64,000 nt of DNA, taken from NCBI GenBank assembly GCA_963741945.1, contig CAVUKA010000004.1:43733-107732 (forward strand). Reading direction: 5' to 3'. Source of the DNA: an uncultured Gemmatimonadales bacterium. GTDB taxonomy: Bacteria; Gemmatimonadota; Gemmatimonadetes; Longimicrobiales; RSA9. The translations under genes and the position numbers were made by a program. This document shows positions 36,901 to 46,201 of the stretch, piece after piece (position 1 is the stretch's first letter; every line of letters begins with the position of its first letter). A model generated the notes under the pieces. The model did no database searches. It saw only the letters and a program-made list of their open reading frames with translations, and had not been told where the DNA came from.

Positions 36901-37183
36901 CCTCCTGGATCTCCGTCTCCATGCTGGTGACGTTCTCAGTGGTGGCGAGCGCCGCCTCGAGCGGCTTGGCCACGGTCTCTTCCAGCACCGTGGGCTCCAC
37001 GCCCGGATTCGACACGCCGGCCCGGATCTGCGGGTAGACGATGGTCGGCAGCAGGTCGAGTGGCAGCCCGCCGAGAAAGAACAGACCGAGCACGACCACC
37101 ACCAATGTGATCATGAGCGTGCCCACCGGCCGCCGGATGGCCAGGCTGGGCAGACCGCGGAAGCGCCTGTGCTCCTTCATCAC
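33983..37183 (-). CDS. RND efflux transporter permease (AcrB/HAE-type)
   Basis: At 1066 aa it shows typical AcrB architecture and N-terminus (AIRRPVGTLMITLVVVVLGLFFLGGLPLDLLP). ATGA overlap with the MFP gene. Confidence 0.9.
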   Translation of the reverse strand: MMKEHRRFRGLPSLAIRRPVGTLMITLVVVVLGLFFLGGLPLDLLPTIVYPQIRAGVSNPGVEPTVLEETVAKPLEAALATTENVTSMETEIQEGRVGVNLHFAYGTDIDFALQDAAKNLERARGALPEEANPPTVYKFDPSQMPVYEAGFSSPARDLISLRDWVEYRLRPQLLTIPGVASVDVAGGLVREIEVVLDQERLRHYGLTVSQVIDAIRAANQDVAAGYVASSTREVVGKTAGKFQTVADVRSVLLSPARGGRIPLSEVASVSDTHQEQRLWSRMNGVPAVQLSVRKQPNANTVKVAEQVQQRLESLTATGFVPGDIQYRTIQNQATFIRSSVRSVQSAALTGAFLAMLVVFLFLGSLRKTFIIGLAIPIAILATFIMMGLGHLTLNIMTLGGLALGVGLLIDNSIVMLENIFRHKEEGSEDPELAAHAGAAEVTSAVTASTATNLAAVVPFLLISGLAALIFRELILTISFAILGSLTVALTVVPMLSAQLGKIRFESGLEHWRPLVAFDNGMGRLRSFYRRIAPVAVRWRWAVLGGAVLALVGAFLMTRNLGNEFLPQVDDGNVGVYVAMQAGVSAQETNRVTLEVEDMVRQMPDVRTMFATAGGFLFGGSTAQRSGRGSITVVLAPVTERKISADEWVRELQQKVDARGFPGARIFVRPPRIRGLRTSMSGSPVELSIQGDDLNELRHVADEIVAMVRGVPGLANLEPSEEEATPQLSVQLDRERAAYLGLSVATVGQTLRTALDGTIASKFTAGNHEYDMRVMFPRDRFKSPEDLGGVALFPGAAGGAPIYLRDVATVNNTLGPTTILRVNQNRTFRLTGDVINEVASVGAVNDSIRARLAGLDLPEGYGIIYGGEAEAMRENNRQLAIVVMLAIFLVFVVMAVQYESVVNPFVILLAIPLSLIGVGLLLGITGTPLSAPVLLGVILLAGIVVNNAILLVEYTEQGRARGLSRAEAVVEAGAVRLRPILMTTLTTAFGMLPLALGIGQGSELMQPLALAVVGGLSVSTLLTLFVVPSAYMIFNTGAERLGLWLTGNRRDTAAALSLSATAEADAS

Positions 37184-38313
37184 GTCTCAGCCCTTCCCGC
37201 CTCGTCCGACACTACCCGCACCTTCACGCCGTCGCGCAGCATGTTGGCGCCCCGCGTCACCACCAGGTCGCCGGCCTCCAGTCCGGCCACCACCTGTACC
37301 TTGCCCTCCGAAGTGAGCCCGGTGGTGACCGTGCGGCGCACGGCCGTCCCGTCCTCCACTACGAACACGGACTCCGACCCGACACCACCCACGAGCGCCG
37401 AGCCAGGGATCAGGAGGACGTCAGCGCGCGCGCCCAGAGCGAACGTGGCCCGGGCCAGGAATCCTGGCCTCGCCAGCCGGGCGTCCTCGCCCGTGAGCGC
37501 CACCTCCACCGGGACCAGACGGGTGGTGGGATCGCCACTCGGGAACACCCGGCGGATCCGGCCGTGGAAAGCGCGGTCGGGGAACGCGTCCAGCGCCAGC
37601 ACCACCAGGTCTCCGGGGCCCAGGTCCACCACGTCCAGCTCGGACACGCCCACCCGCACCACCAGGGTGGACACGTCGGCCACGGTGAACAGCCGCGTCT
37701 GGGGCGAGACGAGGTCGCCCGCCTCCAGCCGCTTCTCCGTCACCACCCCTGCAATCGGCGACGCGATCCGGGCGTAGTCCACCCGGGTCTGGAGCTGCTC
37801 CAGCTGCGCTTTCGCCGCTGCCCGCGCCGTGCGCTCCCTCTCGAACTCCGGCAGCGTGATGACTCGCCGCTCCCACAGCTGCTGGGCACGACCGTAGGAC
37901 GCCTCCGCCACCTGGAACGACGCGTCCGCCGCGGCGAGCTGGGCACGAAGCTCGGTGTCATCCACCCGGGCCAGCAGCTGCCCCGGCCGGACCACGTCGC
38001 CCTCCTGCGCCGCGACCACCCGAAGGACGCCCGAGAGCTGACTGTTGACTCCCACCGTCCGGATCGGCTCGATCACGCCGGAAACCGTGACCGAGCGCGA
38101 GATCGTGCCCTTGACCACGGGCGACGCCGACACCGCCACCACCCGGTCCCCGCCACCCGCTCCACCAGGCCCGCCCGCTCCCGGTCGACCGGGGCCACCC
38201 GGCCGCCCGGTGCCGGGCTCCGCCGCTTCGCTCCCACCGCACCCTGCCACCGCGGTCATCAGCACCAGGACCACGAGCCGGGTCATCGCCGGCCAACGTA
38301 CCGATCGCATCAC
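37180..38313 (-). CDS. RND efflux periplasmic adaptor (MFP/HlyD family) lipoprotein
   Basis: Lipobox VAGCGG. Alpha-hairpin and beta-barrel pattern (ARVDDTELRAQLAAADASFQVAEASYGRAQQL ... IASPIAGVV). 1-nt overlap with the upstream TolC-like gene. Confidence 0.88.
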   Translation of the reverse strand: MMRSVRWPAMTRLVVLVLMTAVAGCGGSEAAEPGTGRPGGPGRPGAGGPGGAGGGDRVVAVSASPVVKGTISRSVTVSGVIEPIRTVGVNSQLSGVLRVVAAQEGDVVRPGQLLARVDDTELRAQLAAADASFQVAEASYGRAQQLWERRVITLPEFERERTARAAAKAQLEQLQTRVDYARIASPIAGVVTEKRLEAGDLVSPQTRLFTVADVSTLVVRVGVSELDVVDLGPGDLVVLALDAFPDRAFHGRIRRVFPSGDPTTRLVPVEVALTGEDARLARPGFLARATFALGARADVLLIPGSALVGGVGSESVFVVEDGTAVRRTVTTGLTSEGKVQVVAGLEAGDLVVTRGANMLRDGVKVRVVSDEAGRAET

Positions 38314-39665
38314 TACTGCTCCTCGCCGAGTCGTTCCCCGAGGATGGACTCCAGCCGCGCCATCGCGCCGCCGAGTCCCTGCCTCGCCCGTACCCCCGCC
38401 ACCTGCGCTTCCGCCAGTGCCACCTGCGACGCCTGAAGCTCCAGGATCGTGGCCGCACCCATCGTGTACCGCTCCTCCTGCACGCGCAGGTCTTCCTCCG
38501 CCAGCTCGACCGTACGATCGGCGACCTGGATCTGCCGCTCCGCCACTTCGAGATCCCGCACCGCACCTTCCACATCCACCCGCGCGGCCAGCCTGGCATC
38601 CCTGGCCGCGGCCTCGGCCGCACGCTCCTGCGCTGCCGCCCTCTGCACGCCCGCTTCCCGCTGCAGCCCGTTGAACAGCGGCAGCGACGCGGTCACCCGG
38701 AGGCTCCAGCTCTGCTGGGCCGGCGGGAAGTCATAGGAGAACCAGTCATAGCCGCCGCTCAGCCGCACCACGGGGAGATAGGGCGTGTACGACGCCAGCC
38801 GGTCCGCGTGGCGACTCGCCCGCGCCGCTTCCGCCGCGACCACCGATGGCGACGACTGCGCCGCAGCGTGCACGAGCTCCTCGACGGACGGAAGCTCGGG
38901 CGCCTTCTCCGGCAGCGCCGATTCCGCCGCCCATACTTTCTCCGCCACGCCAATGGCGCGGCCCAGCTCCAGCGCCGCGTTCTCGAGTGCGGAGCGCGCT
39001 TCGAAAACGGCGAGGTCCGCGTTCTGGACCTCGATCTCCGCACGAAGAACGTCCGAGCGCGTGGCTGTCCCCACGTCGAACCGCTGCGCTGCGAACTCCT
39101 GCTGGTGCTTCGCTCGAGCGAGGCGCTGCTCCGCCACCCGCGCCAGGTCCCGCGCCGCTGCCGCCGCGTAGAATGTCAGCTTGGTCCGGTACGCCGACCC
39201 GAACGCCTGCTCCCGTTCACGCGCTTCCGCCGCCGCCACCCCCGCGCCAGCCGACCTCAGCTGCGCCAGCTTGCGACCCCCCGAGAAGACCTCGTACGAC
39301 GCCTGCAGCTGGTTCGTGTAGCTCTGCGACACCAGTCGCCCCGAAGCCTGATCGAAACGCTGGTTGCTCGAGTTGCCGTAAACGCCGTTCGCGCTGAGCG
39401 ACGGCAGTAGCGCCCCTCGCGCCTGGAGCCGGTCCGCACGCGCCATCGAGGCATTCGATGCCGCCGACACCACCAGCGGATCCACTGCCGCCGCGAGCTG
39501 CAGCGCCTCATCCAGCGTCACTGTACGGTGCCCGGCGGCCTGCCCGGCCGCCTCACCCGCGTCCTGCGCCCGCGCCACCCCGGGACTCGCGGCCAGCAGC
39601 GCGACCACCGCCAGCCACACGCGTCCCGCACGCCCGCGGCTGTGCGATGCCATGCTTTGCTTCAT
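38313..39665 (-). CDS. TolC-family outer-membrane efflux protein
   Basis: ATG 39665 (MKQSMASHSRGRAGRVWLAVVALLAASPGVARAQD). Duplicated OEP repeats with long helical segments (LTLDEALQLAA ..., RSDVLRAEIEVQNADLAV ...). Confidence 0.85.
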   Translation of the reverse strand: MKQSMASHSRGRAGRVWLAVVALLAASPGVARAQDAGEAAGQAAGHRTVTLDEALQLAAAVDPLVVSAASNASMARADRLQARGALLPSLSANGVYGNSSNQRFDQASGRLVSQSYTNQLQASYEVFSGGRKLAQLRSAGAGVAAAEAREREQAFGSAYRTKLTFYAAAAARDLARVAEQRLARAKHQQEFAAQRFDVGTATRSDVLRAEIEVQNADLAVFEARSALENAALELGRAIGVAEKVWAAESALPEKAPELPSVEELVHAAAQSSPSVVAAEAARASRHADRLASYTPYLPVVRLSGGYDWFSYDFPPAQQSWSLRVTASLPLFNGLQREAGVQRAAAQERAAEAAARDARLAARVDVEGAVRDLEVAERQIQVADRTVELAEEDLRVQEERYTMGAATILELQASQVALAEAQVAGVRARQGLGGAMARLESILGERLGEEQ

Positions 39666-39769
39666 GCTTCTATTCTGATCGGGAATCCCGGCAGACCACC
39701 CACGTGAAGGATGACGCCCGAGCCATCCCGGACGTTGTGGTCCGTCGCACGACTGCACGGCCGCGCGCC

Positions 39770-42523
39770 CTACTTGCACTCGAACCAGCTCGTTCCCCGC
39801 CCCATTTCCACCTTCAATGGCACGTCCAGCTCGAACGCCCCTTCCATCTTCGTACGGACCAGCTCGGCCACGGCCGCGGAGCGCGCCTCAGGGACCTCGA
39901 ACAGCAGCTCGTCATGGACCTGGAGCAGCATGCGCGTCCCGTCCCGCTCCTCCTCGAGTGCGCGGTGGATGTCGATCATGGCGATCTTGATGATGTCCGC
40001 GGCGCTCCCCTGCACGGGGGCGTTCGTGGCCGCACGCTCACCGAACTGGCGGATGTTGTAGTTCTTGCTCTTCACTTCCGGGATGTAGCGCCTGCGCCCG
40101 GTCAGCGTCTCGACGAATCCTTCCTCGTACGCGCGCTCGATCTGGCGATCCAGGTAGCTGCGCACGTCGGGGAGCCGCTCGAAATAGTTCTCGATGAAGG
40201 TCTTCGCCTCCTGCACGCTGGTGCCCAGCTGCTTGGACAGGGCGTACGGGCCGATGCCGTAGATGGTGGCGAAGTTGATGGTCTTGGCCGCGTCCCTCAT
40301 CCGCGGCGTCACCTGCTCCACGGGGACGTCGAACACGAGCGCCGCGGTCTGCCGGTGGATGTCCTCGCCGGCGCGGAACGACCGGACGAACGTTTCATCA
40401 CCGGAGAGGTGGGCGAGAACGCGCAGCTCGATCTGCGAGTAGTCGGCCGACACGAACACGAACCCGTCCTCCGGCACGAACCCCTTGCGAAGCTCCGCGC
40501 CGACCTCGGTCCGGATCGGGATGTTCTGGAGGTTGGGGTCGGCGGACGAGAGCCGACCGGTGGCCGCCACGGCCTGCTTGAAGCTGGTGTGGATCCGACC
40601 CGTCTCGGGAGAGACGAGCGGCGGCAGCGCGTCGACGTACGTGTTCTTCAGCTTGTCCAGCTGCCGGTACTCGATGATGAGCGACGGGATACGGTGCCCC
40701 GATTCCGCGAGCTCCTCGAGCACCGACGCGTCCGTGGACGGCCCCGTCTTGGTCTTCTTGATGACCGGCAGCTGCAGCTTCTCGAACAGCACCTCCCGGA
40801 GCTGTGGCGTGGAGTTGATGTTGAACTCCTGCCCCGCTTCCTTGAAGATCTCTTCCTGGATCAGCGCCAGGTCCCGGTCCAGCTTCTTCGATACGGTGCG
40901 GAAGAAGTCCACGTCGATGCGGATACCGGCCGTCTCCATGTCCGCCAGCACGCGTTCCAGCGGCATCTCGACGTCACGGTACAGCCGCTCCAGGCGGTAC
41001 TGGTCGAGCTGCGGCTCCAGCCGCGCCCGCAGCCGCAACGCCATGTCCGCCTTCTCGCACGCGAAGTCCCGTACCGCGTCCACCCCGCACTCCGCCACCG
41101 GTGACGCGCTCCGCCCCTTGCCGCACAGGTCTTCGTACGTGGTCGGGCTGTGGCCCAGGTGCTGGAGCGCCAGCGAATCCAGCTCCTGGTCCCGTCGCCC
41201 GGGCTCCAGCAGGTAGCTCGCGAGCATGACGTCGAAGCTCAGCCCCCGGAGCGGCACGCCCGCCCGCCGGAGCGCCAGCAGCGTGTACTTCAGATCATGG
41301 CCCGTCTTCTCCACGCCCGGGTCCTCGAGCAGCTCCACCACCGACCGCATGGCGGGCGCGTTGAGCCCGGGGAGGTTGAGCCCGCCGTGGTCGCCCAGGT
41401 CCAGCTCGCCGGGGCGACGATGGGACAGCGGCAGGTAGGCCGCCTCCCCGGCCTTCGTCGCCAGCGCCAGTCCCACCAGCTCGCCCCGCAGCGCGCTGGT
41501 CGCGGACGTGGACACCGCCCACACCGCGACCGTGTCCGCCTGACGCGCAGCCGCCGCGAGACGCGCCGCTTCGTCCGGCGAGCGCACCAGCCGATACCGC
41601 CCTTCCAGCTTCGCCGTCTCCGGCTCGGGCGCGGCGATCTCCCGCACCAGGCCGTGGAACTCCAGCTCCACGAACAGCTCCTTCAGCCGCTCGCGGTCCG
41701 GCTCCGTGACCTTGAGCGCCTCCAGGTCCAGCTCCACCGGGAGCTCCTCCTTGATGGTCACCAGCTCCTTCGACAGCCGCACCGCGTCCGCGTGCTCCAG
41801 CAGCGCTTCCCTCGCCCGCTTCCCGCTGATCCCCTCCGCGGCATCCAGGATCGCCTCCACGCTGCCGTGCTCCGCGATGAGCTTCAACGCCGTCTTCGGC
41901 CCGATCCCGCGCGCGCCCGGCACGTTGTCGGAGCTGTCGCCGATGAGTGCCAGGTAGTCCCGCACGCGCTCCGGCGGCACCCCCAGCCGCTCTGCCGCGT
42001 TGCGCGTGTCCACCCACTCCTCGTCCACGGCGGCCTGCCCCCCACGGCCCGGGTTCAGGAGCGACACGCCGGGACGGATCAACTGGTAGAAGTCCTTGTC
42101 GCCGGACACGATGACGCTGTCCACGCCCGCGGCATCGGCCAGCCGGCACAGCGTGCCGATGACATCGTCCGCCTCGTGGTCGGCAAGCCGGAGCACCGGG
42201 ATACGGAACGCTTCCAGCAGCGCCTCGATCCGCGGCAGCGATGCGCGCAGCTCGTCCGGCATCTTCTCGCGCGTGGCCTTGTACTCCGGGTAGAGCTCCG
42301 TGCGCGCGCTGGTGCCGGCGTCCAGCACCACGCCCAGATAGTCCGGCTCGTGGTCGGAACGGAGCTTAAGCAGGAATCGTGTGAGCCCGAACGCCGCCGA
42401 CGTGTTCTCCCCCCTGGAAGTGGTCAGGGGCCGGCTGATCATGGCGAAAAACGCCCGATAGATCAGGGCATAGCCATCAATGAGGAACAGTCGCGGGCGG
42501 GTCTTTTCCGGCGTATCAACCAT
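39770..42523 (-). CDS. polA: DNA polymerase I
   Basis: N-terminal 5'-3' exonuclease (LFLIDGYALIYRAFFA), a central exo-like domain, and polymerase motifs DYSQIELRVLAH, RRxAKTINFATIYG-type and QVHDELLFE. Confidence 0.93.
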   Translation of the reverse strand: MVDTPEKTRPRLFLIDGYALIYRAFFAMISRPLTTSRGENTSAAFGLTRFLLKLRSDHEPDYLGVVLDAGTSARTELYPEYKATREKMPDELRASLPRIEALLEAFRIPVLRLADHEADDVIGTLCRLADAAGVDSVIVSGDKDFYQLIRPGVSLLNPGRGGQAAVDEEWVDTRNAAERLGVPPERVRDYLALIGDSSDNVPGARGIGPKTALKLIAEHGSVEAILDAAEGISGKRAREALLEHADAVRLSKELVTIKEELPVELDLEALKVTEPDRERLKELFVELEFHGLVREIAAPEPETAKLEGRYRLVRSPDEAARLAAAARQADTVAVWAVSTSATSALRGELVGLALATKAGEAAYLPLSHRRPGELDLGDHGGLNLPGLNAPAMRSVVELLEDPGVEKTGHDLKYTLLALRRAGVPLRGLSFDVMLASYLLEPGRRDQELDSLALQHLGHSPTTYEDLCGKGRSASPVAECGVDAVRDFACEKADMALRLRARLEPQLDQYRLERLYRDVEMPLERVLADMETAGIRIDVDFFRTVSKKLDRDLALIQEEIFKEAGQEFNINSTPQLREVLFEKLQLPVIKKTKTGPSTDASVLEELAESGHRIPSLIIEYRQLDKLKNTYVDALPPLVSPETGRIHTSFKQAVAATGRLSSADPNLQNIPIRTEVGAELRKGFVPEDGFVFVSADYSQIELRVLAHLSGDETFVRSFRAGEDIHRQTAALVFDVPVEQVTPRMRDAAKTINFATIYGIGPYALSKQLGTSVQEAKTFIENYFERLPDVRSYLDRQIERAYEEGFVETLTGRRRYIPEVKSKNYNIRQFGERAATNAPVQGSAADIIKIAMIDIHRALEEERDGTRMLLQVHDELLFEVPEARSAAVAELVRTKMEGAFELDVPLKVEMGRGTSWFECK

Positions 42524-42631
42524 CGCGTGCTCGGTTCGGGGTCAGATACGGCATGTTACCCCCCACGCCCGCTCGGGTGCAATGAACCCCGATCGTCGCG
42601 TCATTCCGCGGTCTCCACGCCGATTCCCGCG

Positions 42632-42669
42632 CACAAAGAAGCCGCCCCGCCAGCTGGTGGCGGGGCGGC
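42632..42669 (-). terminator. Rho-independent terminator of csp
   Basis: On the minus strand an 11-bp perfect GC stem (42641-42651 / 42659-42669) with a 7-nt loop is followed by TTCTTTGTG. It lies 32 nt downstream of the csp stop. Confidence 0.75.
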
Positions 42670-42700
42670 GATCATGTCGTTGGGGTTCGGAGACTTCAGC

Positions 42701-42910
42701 TCAGGTGGCCAGCTGTCGCTGCACGTTTGTGGCTTGAAGCCCCTTGTCGGTCTGACGGACCTCGAAATCGACTTCCTCGCCCTCAGTCAGCGTCTTGAAG
42801 CCTTCCATGGTGATCGCCGAGAAATGGACGAAGACGTCCTCTCCATCCGATTGCTCAATGAACCCGTAGCCCTTCGAGTCATTGAACCATTTCACCCTGC
42901 CCTTGAGCAT
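42701..42910 (-). CDS. cspA: Cold-shock protein (CspA family)
   Basis: [30 protein letters not shown] carries the RNP1 and RNP2 motifs. SD AGGAGG lies 7 nt upstream. 69 aa. Confidence 0.93.
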   Translation of the reverse strand: MLKGRVKWFNDSKGYGFIEQSDGEDVFVHFSAITMEGFKTLTEGEEVDFEVRQTDKGLQATNVQRQLAT

Positions 42911-42960
42911 GAAACTGACCTCCTAACAAGGGTACCTCTCGCCTGATGCGCCAGCATCGC

Positions 42961-42990
42961 CAAAATATGCGCGCTCGGACAGCACCGTCA
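42961..42990 (-). promoter_or_regulatory. Candidate sigma-70 promoter of csp
   Basis: The minus strand reads TTGACG (42990-42985), an 18-nt spacer, then TATTTT (42966-42961). The -35 overlaps the stop of the upstream CdsA-family gene. Confidence 0.45.
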
Positions 42991-43590
42991 AGAAAAACCT
43001 CCCATCGCGGAAAGCCAGATCGCCCCCAGAATGCCCGCCGCGGAAACGAGTGGGAGGAAGAGGTTGTCGTCCACCGGAAAGGTGGGCGCCTCGAGGAGTG
43101 TGGCGATGAAGGCCGCCATCGCGGCCGTCCCCGGTCCCACGCCCGCCACTCCCATCACCAGGGCCCACGCCACCACGAAGAACACCACGCTCCCCTCCAG
43201 GCTCTTCCCGCCGGGATAGCGCATCCGCCCGAAGCGCTTGCCCACGACCGCGGCCAGGGCGTCGGCGATTCCCGTGACGAGAATGGCGGTGACCGCCACG
43301 ACGGCTGGGAAGAACGCAGCGGTCAGCGCGTAGCCGAGAGCCAGCGTAGCGGCGCCGGTGATGCGGCGATGCTCGGCGGGCCGAAGGAGCACACCCAGGC
43401 GTCGCTCGAACCAGGCGTTGAAGGGAGCGTGCAGCTGCCGGGTGAGCTCGACGCCGACCGCCACGCCCGCGGCCACGGCCAGGGTGATGGCGCCAATGGG
43501 CCGCGGCAATCCCCACACGCACGCTGCGGCGGCCAGCGACGAGGCGGCATGAATGAGCTTCCGGAGAGCTTCGCCACGCGCGTCGAGCAT
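42988..43590 (-). CDS. CdsA / dolichol-kinase / phytol-kinase family membrane protein
   Basis: ATG 43590 (MLDARGEALRKLIH). Polytopic. Signature GIADALAAVVGKRFGR ... GKSLEGS of the CTP-transferase-1 family. The upstream part of ORF 42988..44133 is shadow of the Slt gene. Confidence 0.72.
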   Translation of the reverse strand: MLDARGEALRKLIHAASSLAAAACVWGLPRPIGAITLAVAAGVAVGVELTRQLHAPFNAWFERRLGVLLRPAEHRRITGAATLALGYALTAAFFPAVVAVTAILVTGIADALAAVVGKRFGRMRYPGGKSLEGSVVFFVVAWALVMGVAGVGPGTAAMAAFIATLLEAPTFPVDDNLFLPLVSAAGILGAIWLSAMGGFS

Positions 43591-43598
43591 GGGCCCCG

Positions 43599-45995
43599 TC
43601 AGTCGGCGCTGGCCTCCACGGGCTCGCCCGGTCCCCCCTCGATATCCGGGTAGAGCGCCCGGTAGAGGGCCCGGTGGAGGAGCACGCGACGGATGTAGTC
43701 CCGCGTCTCGGAGTACGGGATCCGCTCGGAAAGGAGCTCCAGGTCGACGTGCTCGGGGAGCTTCTGCCACGCCACTGCCCGGTTCGGCCCCGCGTTGTAC
43801 GCCGAGAGGACGAGCGGGAGCTGACCGTTGAACCGCCCCATGAGCTCCTTCACGAACCGGACCCCGAGGTGAACGTTGACTTCCGGCTCCTTCAGGAGCG
43901 AGGTCTCGAAGTCTTTCAGCCCGGCGGCGCGGGCGAGCCCCCGCCCCGTCGACGGCATGATCTGCATCAGCCCGATGGCCCCCGCGCCGCTGGAGATCTC
44001 GGGGTTGAATGCAGATTCCTGCCGGATGAGGCCGGCTACCAGAGAGGGGTCCAGGTCCTGCTCTCGCGCTTCGGGGACCACGATGTTCCGGAACGGGAAC
44101 GGGTAGACGATCCGGAGCAAGCGGGGGTTCCACTGCCCCTCACGCTGCCGGAGGTCCCAGCCCATGGCGATGCCCGTGAGGGTGTAGCCGCGGCGGTTCA
44201 GCGCTTCCGCCAGGGCGTACTCCCCCGAGATCTCGCCGGAGAAATGGCGCCTCAGCTGCGACACTTCGCGGACCAGATCATCACGCAGATCGAGCGCCGC
44301 AAGCAGGTCCACTCGCCGCAGCGCCAGCCGAACGAGGGAGTCGGCCCGCTCGCTCTGCGGCGGCTCTGGCGACATGGGGATCCCGAGCACACTCTCCCCG
44401 AGCAGCTCCGCGGCGCGCGCGCCGTAGAACGATAGCGGGTCCTGGCGACGCAGCGCTCGCAGCCGCTCCTCGGCCAGCGAGTCTCGTCCCAGCCTCTCGT
44501 ACATCCGGGCCGCCCAGTACGTGGCCTGATCGGCCCGGCGGCCATTCGGGAACGAGCGGAGATAGTTCTCGAAGATGGTGGCCGCCTTGGCGTACGACCC
44601 GTCCATGATCTCCAGGTCGGCCAGCCGCATGCGGGCGAGCCCCGCCTCGTACAGATCCGGCGCCGCCGCGGCCGCTCGGCGGTAGTATTCCTTCGCCTCG
44701 TCCAGCTCGAGGGCATCGTGTTTCAGGTCGGCCAGCAGGAACAGCCCCCGGGCCGTCGCTTCCTGGTCCGGATAGCGCTCGGCCAGCCGGAGGAACGTCT
44801 TCTGCCCCGTCGTCGAGCGCCCCTGACGGTACTGCGCGCGCCCCGCCAGGTACAGCGCCTCGGCCGCCACTGGCGCATTCTCGGCCGCCGTGCCGGCCAG
44901 CGCCAGCAGCAGCCGCTCCGCTTCCGGGTAGTGCCCACCATTGAACAGGGCACGTCCGAGCTGGAGTCGGACGCCCAGCCGGTCCGCGCCCGCACTTTCA
45001 CCCGAGTCGAGGAAGTGGCCGAACGCTTCCGCCGCCCGCGACGCATTGCCGTGTCGCAGGTAGATCTCACCGATCCGTCGCCACTCTCCGCTCGATGGAT
45101 TCAGCCCGCTCAGCCCCCACGCCGCGTCCACGGCTCCCGTTGTGCCCGGCGCCCCCGCCATGGCATTGAGGAACGCTTCCCTGGCGCGGGCCGTGTCGCC
45201 CCCCTCCAGCCGCAGCTTGCCCAGCGCGGACCACGCTTCCGCTCGGTCCCCGCTCGCGTCCGCGGCCCTCGCCGCGTCCAGCGCCACCCTGCGCGCCAGC
45301 ATGTTGTCGTCCGCACGGGTGGCCGCATCCAGCCGGATCCGCCAGCCCCGGTCCCGCGCCAGCCAGGAGGAGACGTCCCGAAGGCGATGCTCGACCTGCG
45401 CGGTGTCGCCCGCGCCCGCGGCCGCGCGCGCCGCGAAGAGGGATGCCCAGTCACCGAACCACGGGACGAGCGCCCGGGCACTGTCGAACGCGCTGAGCGC
45501 GGCGTCCGTTTCGCCCGCGCGCGTCAGCGCCAGCCCCCGACGGAGCTCCGCCACACCTGCCACGGAATCTCCCGGCGCCACGCTCAGGTAGCGGGACAGC
45601 GCCTCGCCCGCGGCCGCGAAGCGACCCTCCCGCACGCGGGATCGGCCGAGCAGGCTCCAGCCGGCGCCGTTCTCCACCGTGTCCAGCCAGTCCCGCCCCT
45701 CCAGCAGCCGTGAGACCGACGCCCAGTCGCCCCAGCCAGCGCTGAGCCGTGAGGCGAACAGAATGGTCGTCGGCGCGGTGTCCGCCGCCGCCCGAAGGTG
45801 CTCCGCCAGCAGCCGGCTCGCCCGCCAGAAGCGCCCACGCTTCGCGGCCTCCCGGACGGGGCCCGGGATCTCGGGCGCCGACGTATCCGCCACCGGGGTC
45901 CCCGGTGTCCGGGCATGGGCACCGCCGTGCGCCAGCCGCGAGGGGAGCGCGGCTGCAAGGACGAACAGGACGACCAGCGCGGGATTTCGGCTCAT
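43599..45995 (-). CDS. Soluble lytic murein transglycosylase (Slt70-like; TPR/superhelical N-domain plus SLT domain)
   Basis: The C-terminal SLT domain reads IRQESAFNPEISSGAGAIGLMQIMP ... LSAYNAGPNRA. A long A/L/R-rich helical repeat region lies before it. ATG 45995 gives signal peptide MSRNPALVVLFVLAAALPS. Confidence 0.85.
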   Translation of the reverse strand: MSRNPALVVLFVLAAALPSRLAHGGAHARTPGTPVADTSAPEIPGPVREAAKRGRFWRASRLLAEHLRAAADTAPTTILFASRLSAGWGDWASVSRLLEGRDWLDTVENGAGWSLLGRSRVREGRFAAAGEALSRYLSVAPGDSVAGVAELRRGLALTRAGETDAALSAFDSARALVPWFGDWASLFAARAAAGAGDTAQVEHRLRDVSSWLARDRGWRIRLDAATRADDNMLARRVALDAARAADASGDRAEAWSALGKLRLEGGDTARAREAFLNAMAGAPGTTGAVDAAWGLSGLNPSSGEWRRIGEIYLRHGNASRAAEAFGHFLDSGESAGADRLGVRLQLGRALFNGGHYPEAERLLLALAGTAAENAPVAAEALYLAGRAQYRQGRSTTGQKTFLRLAERYPDQEATARGLFLLADLKHDALELDEAKEYYRRAAAAAPDLYEAGLARMRLADLEIMDGSYAKAATIFENYLRSFPNGRRADQATYWAARMYERLGRDSLAEERLRALRRQDPLSFYGARAAELLGESVLGIPMSPEPPQSERADSLVRLALRRVDLLAALDLRDDLVREVSQLRRHFSGEISGEYALAEALNRRGYTLTGIAMGWDLRQREGQWNPRLLRIVYPFPFRNIVVPEAREQDLDPSLVAGLIRQESAFNPEISSGAGAIGLMQIMPSTGRGLARAAGLKDFETSLLKEPEVNVHLGVRFVKELMGRFNGQLPLVLSAYNAGPNRAVAWQKLPEHVDLELLSERIPYSETRDYIRRVLLHRALYRALYPDIEGGPGEPVEASAD

Positions 45996-46141
45996 GTCTT
46001 CCAGGGAGTGCAACTGTCGGGCCCGGTAGCTCGTTGCGGCCGCGCCGCGACGGCGCCAGGCCACCCTCATGGGAGGGTACACCGTTGCGCCGCGGAAGCG
46101 CCACCGCCCGGGGGCAGAGCAGCCGACGGGGGGGGAACGAA

Positions 46142-46169
46142 AGGAGGCCACCCCGCGGGGTGGCCTCCT
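46142..46169 (-). terminator. Perfect 28-nt GC palindrome downstream of the ExbB/TolQ gene
   Basis: aggaggccaccccgcggggtggcctcct. On the minus strand it is followed by TTCGTTCC. It lies 33 nt after the stop at 46202. Confidence 0.55.
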
Positions 46170-46201
46170 GGAAGAACGTGGCCGTGTCGCGTCCTGTTAC
46201 G